The notes under the pieces were generated by a model. That model did not search any database and was not told the origin of the DNA. It was given only the letters and a program-made list of their open reading frames with translations. From NCBI GenBank assembly GCA_964187785.1, contig OZ076409.1, forward strand, positions 59,708,001-59,768,000: a DNA stretch of 60,000 bases, in the 5' to 3' direction. Positions 53,230 to 60,000 of the stretch are shown here, one piece after another. Each line of letters opens with the position of its first letter. Positions within the stretch are counted from its first letter, which is position 1. The stretch is from Amphiscolops sp. MND2022 (taxonomy: Eukaryota). The position numbers and the translations under genes are program-made.

Positions 53230-54487
53230 TCTAAAACCCATGAAAAACACCTGAAAAAAATCTAAAATTACTGAAAAAACCCGGACTAAGATCTAAAATC
53301 ACTGAAAAAACCACAGGAATAAGATCTAACATCACCGAAAAAACACCAGAATAACATCTAAAATTACTGAAAAAACCACTTGAATAAGATCTAAAATCAC
53401 TGAAAAACCACTGGTTTAGGTCTAAAATTACAGAAAAAAACGACTGGAATAAGGTCTAAAAGTACTGAAAAAGTCAGTGGTTTAAGTCTAAAATTACCAA
53501 AAAAGCACTGTAACAAGATCTAAAATCACAAAAAACTACTGGTTTAAGTCTAAAATTACAAAAAAAACACTGGAACAAGATCTAAAATCACTGAAAAAAC
53601 CATTGGTTTAAATCTAAAATTACAGAAAAAACGACTGGAATAAGGTCTAAAAGCACTGAAAAAGTCAGTGGTTTAAGTCTAAAATTACCAAAAAAGCACT
53701 GTAACAAGTTCTAAAATCACTAAAAAAACTACTGGTTTAAGTCTAAAATTACAAAAAAAACACTGGAACAAGATCTAAAATTACCAAAAAATACTGGAAT
53801 AAGATCTAAAATCACTGAAAAAACCACAGGAATAAGATCTAACATCACCGAAAAAACACCAGAATAACATCTAAAACTACTGAAAAAACCACTGGAATAA
53901 GATCTGAAATCGCTGAGAAAACTACTAAAATAGGATCTAAAATCATCATAAAAAACCAGTGGAATAAGATAAAATCACCATAAAAAACCACTGGAATAAG
54001 ATCTAAAATTACCAAAAAATACTGGAATAAGATCTGAAATCGCTGGAAAAACCACTAAAATAGGATCTAAAATCAACATGAAAAACCAGTGGGATGAGAT
54101 ATAAAATACAAAATCACCACAAAAACCGACTGGAATAAAATCTGAAATTACCAAAAAACACTGGAATAAGATCTGAAATTGCTGAGAAAACTACTTAAAT
54201 AGATCTAAAATCACCATAAAAAACCAGTGGAATAAGATAAAATCACCATAAAAAACCACTGGAATAAGATCTAAAATTACCAAAAAATACTGGAATAAGA
54301 TCTGAAATCGCTGGAAAAACCACTAAAATAGGATCTAAAAACACCATAAAAAACCAGTGGAATAAGATAAAAAATCACCATAAAAACCATTGGTTTAAAT
54401 CTAAAATTACAGAAAAAAGTCAAACTCTGAAATCACCCAAAAAAATCACTGGAATAAGATCTAAACTCACTGGATAACCACTGGAAA
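53230..54487 (+). repeat. ~32-bp minisatellite, right arm
   Basis: Same unit and same orientation as 34590-35645, with long near-identical blocks. Confidence 0.9.
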
Positions 54488-54896
54488 ATGTTTTTCGGAC
54501 ACGATCTGAATATGCAAACAGGGTTTACAGAAAATTCAGAACCGGTCCTGATAATTATCCCATTCTGTTTGGCTTTGATGCGTCTAAAGGTATTTCGTGT
54601 AGTAAATCCTGTTTCTAGAAATTTTAAACGAAATTTTCATTTTCGAAATTTTCGAATTTTCCACCGATGGTCCATCGGTGGACCACCGGTGGCCACCGAT
54701 GGGAAAGCCTCCATGTATCCTAATTTTCCCCCACCGGTGGCCACCGGTGGTCCACCGATGGCCACTGGTGGGTTACCATGGGTTGTCAGTACGGGCAACA
54801 TTTTCTAATTATTCTCACATGGTTGAATGAATTCATTTGTAGTTGGTTTGATTAATTTTTGCGTTTCAACCTTCAAAAGGTTGGTAATTAGCTGAT

Positions 54897-54967
54897 CAAT
54901 TAAACAATTTGGGACGAATTGTCGCTTTTTATAAATGGGACGAATTGGCGCCTTTTCAAAATGGGAC
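54897..54967 (-). repeat. Right arm of the host TIR element, interrupted by the retrotransposon
   Basis: tgggacgaattgtcgc repeats (reverse complement of the left arm) break off at ...aaatgggac|tgtcgcagg. Confidence 0.7.
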
Positions 54968-56115
54968 TGTCGCAGGCTGCCGCCTGTGATGGAAACAGCT
55001 ACCAAGTGATGGTGGATGAGAACGACCTGAGATATATGCCAGGAACACTGCCACTTTAGGCCGCGTATACCGCTGATCTGCTGGGAAACTTAGTGCATGA
55101 CTTATATTTTTTTTCACAAACAATTAGAATGTGAATTTATGCTATTACGGACCGAAGGTCCACTGGTCTTAGTATGACTTGTAGTACCAATTGCATTTTA
55201 GTATTCATTACATAGATATAGCATTCATTGTATTCTGTTTGTTGATTTTATACGCTGCGCATGTACACTTTATATATATATTCACGTCTTTATGCTTGTG
55301 TATTCTACATGTAAACCAGTAGTGCAGAATGTATTAATTATCGATGAAATGTAGCTGTAATAATCAAGATAACTGGCAAGGTAAAGGAAACGCGTTCGAA
55401 TTGTCCGCCGCGTTGGTCAATTCGAACGCGTAGTCCGCAACCTTAATTAGCCAATCACATGCGAGCTTTCTTATTCACTTACTTGCTGGCCTTTGCGGCG
55501 ACGCAAGTCATATTAGACTGCCGGTCCACTTATTGTCGGTGTATTTACTTTGATGATTATTAATCTTAACTAAGTGCAATACTATTGGTGCATATAAGTA
55601 TGAGCTCAGCACAAGTCTTGCTGTCATTAATATGAAAGGCGTACTGCCTCTTCCCCCCATTTTCCTTCCTCTTTATCTATTTTTAGATCTAATACACGTA
55701 GAGATGCTAATTTTAGAATTACAGGAACATGTGACGTAAACTTCCCAGGGCCTTTTGCCCGTACTTGTGTCTATATTTAGTTTGACAGCATTACGTCATA
55801 GTGACGTTAGTATGTAAGTTGCTAATTTTAGTAACATGACTATACATATTACTGCATGTCATGATGCAAGGACTATAAATACGGGGACCACTAGTCCCAA
55901 GGGATGAATCTTGACGATTAATGATGATTACAAACCTACAACTCACCGCTATCTATCACCATCAGTGTTCTAATCATTTTGAGACTACAAGTCAACCTTC
56001 GCTTTAGTAGACTGCTTTAGTGATATATCGTTCTGTTATTGTTTGAATACTCAGTTCAAGTTGGGATATTTGATACAAGCTCGAATATACTCTTACCTGA
56101 GCAAATATTTCTTCA

Positions 56116-57834
56116 ATGCCTTCTACTAGAAAGCAAAGAGCTAAGGAAAGACGCTCTAGGCAATTAGACATCATGTCTGATACAGAAAACTTAGACGTAA
56201 TGCTTGGATCATATCCAAGAAATGAATTAGGAAATGACTCTGATAGGAATGGTGAAATAGACCTAGGGTCAGATGGGACTAGAGGAGACCCACTGCAAAA
56301 TAGTGAGGATTTCAGGTCACTTTTAAACTCAAACAGTAACGAAAATAGTGAATCGACGGTTGAGACTATGAGGCTCGTTAATTCTGAGATTACAAAGAAA
56401 ATTGATGAACTGAGAAGAGAACTTAATTCTCAGCTGGTTGATGTCATTAATTCAGCAATCACTGAAAAGGTTTTACCTGATATTAGAAACTTGGTTTCCA
56501 ACCAAAATCCAGTGTTTCGGGAAGAAGTGGACCAGAGGTCCAGTGGACTTAACAGGACCACCGAAGCGAAATTCGTTAAAAACGCTTGGAAAGGTAACTC
56601 AAAGCTTAATATGGCAACCAGTAGTCGACAAGACTACTTTAGGAGAAATTCAGAGAATTCTCAGTCTAGTGACGATGGTCATGAAGAAGACATTATGACC
56701 AATAGTCACGACATGGTGACAGGAGCCAAACCTACCCCTCGTACGGTTCCTGAATTCCTTACTGGACGGCCCATGCATTCCCGCGAAGAAACACAAAATT
56801 CCCATTCCCCACGAATTCAAACCTTAGAAAATGTCCCTCCGGTTCAGGAGACAGACGTCAACGATGGTTCAGACCCCATTAGGCGTCTTGCAGATGTGCT
56901 GGTCGGAATGAACAACAAATCATCAACGCAGACACTGATGGTAAGACCTGTCAGCACTACTACATTGACGTTCGATGGCAAATCGGAGAAATTTGAACTC
57001 TTCGAAGATCTTTTCCATACTATGGTAAAGATGCAACCGGAAATGACCGAGACCATGAAAATCAACCATTTCCACTCTTTGTTGAGGAAGAATGCCCTAC
57101 AAACTTTCCGCAACATCAGCACCGCTAATAGGCAGACCTTGGAAGATGTACTTGCAGTCTTCAGACGCAAATACGTCAAACCAGAATCCCAAGCAACTGC
57201 CAAACACAAATGGCACAAACTCGTGTTTGACCCAAACACTATGAAACTGCCCGATTTCCTTGAAGAATTGAATCAGGGTGCAGAAAAAGCGTTCGGTGAG
57301 AACGCTCAAGCTATGATAGACAGCCTATTGTACGCCAAATTGCCTCCAAAACTCAAAAGATCCGTCAATATGGCAAGACTTGAAAATGCATCGTACGAGG
57401 AAATTGTCACTCATTTAGAACGTGAACTTGAGCTTAATGGACTTGAGGGAGGTGACGACATTCCAGTACCTACAATGTCCACTGCCCCTACAGCAACACG
57501 ACCGGGCACTGGCCTCCTTTCATCGGGCATTGATCCCAATATCACTTGCAACTATTGCAAAAAACCTGGCCACGTCAAAGACGACTGCAGGAAACTCAAA
57601 CGAAAGGAGGAACAAAGGCGCAACGACGGACAGGATACTAAAAAAGAATATCCTAAATGCCCGACTTGCGGCAAAACAAATCACCCGGCGGAACGGTGTT
57701 GGAAAGGCGCCGGAGCCCACCTCAAGCCCAAGAACCTCAAACTGGAGGACGCCAAACAAGACGAAGCGTCCCCTGGACAAAACGAGACCAAGGATAAACA
57801 ATCCACCTCAATATTAAAAAACTCAAAAAACTAG
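56116..57834 (+). CDS. gag: Gag polyprotein (572 aa) with two CCHC zinc knuckles
   Basis: Intact ORF; FDGKSEKFELFEDLF capsid-like region; CNYCKKPGHVKDDC and CPTCGKTNHPAERC. Confidence 0.92.
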   Translation: MPSTRKQRAKERRSRQLDIMSDTENLDVMLGSYPRNELGNDSDRNGEIDLGSDGTRGDPLQNSEDFRSLLNSNSNENSESTVETMRLVNSEITKKIDELRRELNSQLVDVINSAITEKVLPDIRNLVSNQNPVFREEVDQRSSGLNRTTEAKFVKNAWKGNSKLNMATSSRQDYFRRNSENSQSSDDGHEEDIMTNSHDMVTGAKPTPRTVPEFLTGRPMHSREETQNSHSPRIQTLENVPPVQETDVNDGSDPIRRLADVLVGMNNKSSTQTLMVRPVSTTTLTFDGKSEKFELFEDLFHTMVKMQPEMTETMKINHFHSLLRKNALQTFRNISTANRQTLEDVLAVFRRKYVKPESQATAKHKWHKLVFDPNTMKLPDFLEELNQGAEKAFGENAQAMIDSLLYAKLPPKLKRSVNMARLENASYEEIVTHLERELELNGLEGGDDIPVPTMSTAPTATRPGTGLLSSGIDPNITCNYCKKPGHVKDDCRKLKRKEEQRRNDGQDTKKEYPKCPTCGKTNHPAERCWKGAGAHLKPKNLKLEDAKQDEASPGQNETKDKQSTSILKNSKN

Positions 57835-60000
57835 TTTTGCCACGACTCCAATTTAATGGAAAGTTACGAATTAGACAGTATATAATCTCTGACCCTTCTA
57901 CCGTATTTTATATTGAATATTATTCTTCACTAAAGAAAACCTCATCGGCTGACTGGCAGCAACAAATGAGAAATACTCCTACTCAATTTTGCACTTCGGA
58001 CCACAGGTCCGACAGACTTACCTCGACTACGGACTATATTCGATCCCTTCCTCTAATACCTGACTATAACCCTTATTACATTGACCCCGACTACGGCATT
58101 GACCCCTACTGGGACGCTCAAATCTACAATCAACACGAGCTGCAATTTTACGCAAACTTTAACAAACCTCAAACTGAAATTGAACCCGACTGTCCCATGA
58201 CAGACAGGGCTCTAAACCATACCTTGACCATAGCTCTAGTAGACCCCTGGCAAGCAAACACCAATTCCTGTGTCCTACCAACACAGGAAGAACCAGACAC
58301 CAAATTCAATTCTTTTGGACCACAAGTCTCTCTGACGTCAGCCGTCGAGGCAAGATTTGTAAACACACTGGTTACCAGAAATGGCGAGCCAGATTATGTT
58401 CCGCTCACAACCAATCTCGGACTCAAATACAAAAGACGTATGCTCTATTTTCCCATGGATTTTGGCGAACTTACATTAGACGGCCTTGTAGACACGGGTG
58501 CCCTATCTAGTGCAATCCCCGAAGCTGATCTACGTAAAATCCGATTATTAGCCCCTCAGTCTATTGTCAAAGAGGGCCCAGCACCCAACTTCCAGATAAT
58601 GGTAGCTAATGGGCAGCTGGAAACTCCGAAGAGCACCGTCGAACTTAAATTTGAGGTCGGCGATATAGAATTTCACGAAATTTTCATTGTAATGGAGAAA
58701 CTAACAAGTCCGTTGATTGGCCTTTCATTCTTGCAACGAAACAACACCATACTGGACATGAGACAGGGAGTTCTAAATTTCCCATTTTTCTCCATGCAAT
58801 TGAAAACAGCGGATCATAAGTACACAAACGTCATGGAGCCTATCTGTACACAGGAGGACATCACAATACCACCAAATGATAGACACCTAGTCACGTTAAG
58901 TTCCCAGATGTACGATGATACCACCGTTACTGGCATATTACAACCGAGCAATGCCCTCACTGAAGATGGAGACATCGCCTTTTGCGCGGCACTGGTCACA
59001 TTGACCTCCGGTCAAGTTGAAATTCACCTGAATAACTTTACCGACCACCCTTATACTCTCAAGAGAGGTTCTCACGTCGCCAACTTCTCTGTCATGACCC
59101 CAGGACAGATGAAGTATGTCAAACCTATAGATCCGGTGACCACATGGCACCTTTTGCAGGACAATCCTGAAAATGCTGCATTTTACGTTAGCAGCTTGAT
59201 TAAATCTTCTAAGCCAGAAGATTTTCGGGAAAACTATTGGTTTCCCACTCCGGAAGACCCCGGGGATCCACAACAACATACGCCGATACAAAAGCGCATT
59301 CTCACCGAACTCCTGAATCTACAAGAGCTAGAGAAGCTCAATCCTCAGGATGACCCTGAGTCCAGACGACGATTCCTGGCCAACTTCGATTGGACAGATT
59401 CTATGCTGCAATCAGATGAGATTACACGCATTGAAAATTTGCTAGTCGAATTCCATGATATATTCGCTAGACATCGATTCGACATAGGCATGAACGAGGA
59501 ATTCAAGGTCAAATTAACCCCAAAAGACGATTCCCCGGCCTATAGTCAAAGTCTACCAACGCCTATTAACCTCAAGGAAGATATCCTCGTAGAACTGGCG
59601 CTATTACAACGATATGGGATCATAACAACTCTCCCATTTTCCAAATATGCTAGCCCGATCTTTGCCCAAAAGAAACCCAATGGCAAATTGAGATTGCTGG
59701 TCGACCTTCGCAAGATTAACAATCTCATTTCGGATGATTACATTAACAATAATCACCCCGTCAGTACACTGACCGATGCAGCCCAACATATGGCAGGCAA
59801 AAAACTATTTTGCAAACTAGATTGTTCGCAAGCATACCACTGCTTGCAGATGGCGGACCAACGGTCCATTGAAATGTTAGCGTTCAATTTTGCCAGCAGG
59901 ACATTTGCTTACCGCAGGTTGGCGCAAGGACTCAGCCGTGCTTTGTCAGCCTTTTCTAGCTTTATGCGCGAATATCTTGACAAAGTTATTAAGGCTGACC
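57831..60000 (+). CDS. pol: Pol polyprotein (aspartic protease, dUTPase-like segment, reverse transcriptase), runs off the window
   Basis: -1 frame relative to gag; LVDTGA protease motif at ~58485; RT motifs YASPIFAQKKPNGKLRLLVDLRKIN, KLDCSQAYH, YRRLAQGL. Confidence 0.92.

Larger units (their letters stand above)
34355..54795 (-). mobile_element. 20.4-kb EnSpm/CACTA (CMC superfamily) DNA transposon
   Basis: Perfect 29-bp TIR cccgtactgacaacccatggtaacccacc at both ends; CA duplicated at 34353-34354 and 54796-54797; palindromic ccaccggtgg subterminal repeats; internal CMC-type transposase. Confidence 0.9.
54968..60000 (+). mobile_element. Ty3/Gypsy-type LTR retrotransposon, 5' part
   Basis: Starts with TG at the break in the host repeat; ~1.15-kb non-coding leader with TATAAA at ~55874; gag followed by protease and RT. 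Confidence 0.85.

Overview
AT-rich, intron-rich metazoan DNA in three parts. (1) 31-33337, minus strand: the 3' part of a spliced obscurin/UNC-89-like RhoGEF gene (SH3-SH3-DH-PH-divergent SH3-Ig, no kinase in the C-terminus seen here). Its introns are full of non-autonomous Helentron-like elements, CCC-ended and hAT MITEs, a probable solo LTR and several long palindromes. (2) 34355-54795: a 20.4-kb EnSpm/CACTA (CMC) DNA transposon with 29-bp TIRs and a 2-bp CA target-site duplication. It carries direct-repeat minisatellite arms, about 8 kb of 350-bp satellite and three spliced minus-strand genes: an unknown ~160-aa protein, a coiled-coil/BEN-domain protein, and a transposase fused in frame to an N-terminal Suv4-20/Set9-type (H4K20 methyltransferase-like) SET domain. 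The SET-transposase gene in this copy has stops and a frameshift. (3) 54968-60000: the 5' part of a Gypsy-type LTR retrotransposon (gag, -1 frameshift, protease, dUTPase-like segment, RT). The strongest candidate for an undescribed system is the SET-transposase plus BEN cassette. All family assignments come from motif recognition by eye; no database searches were run.
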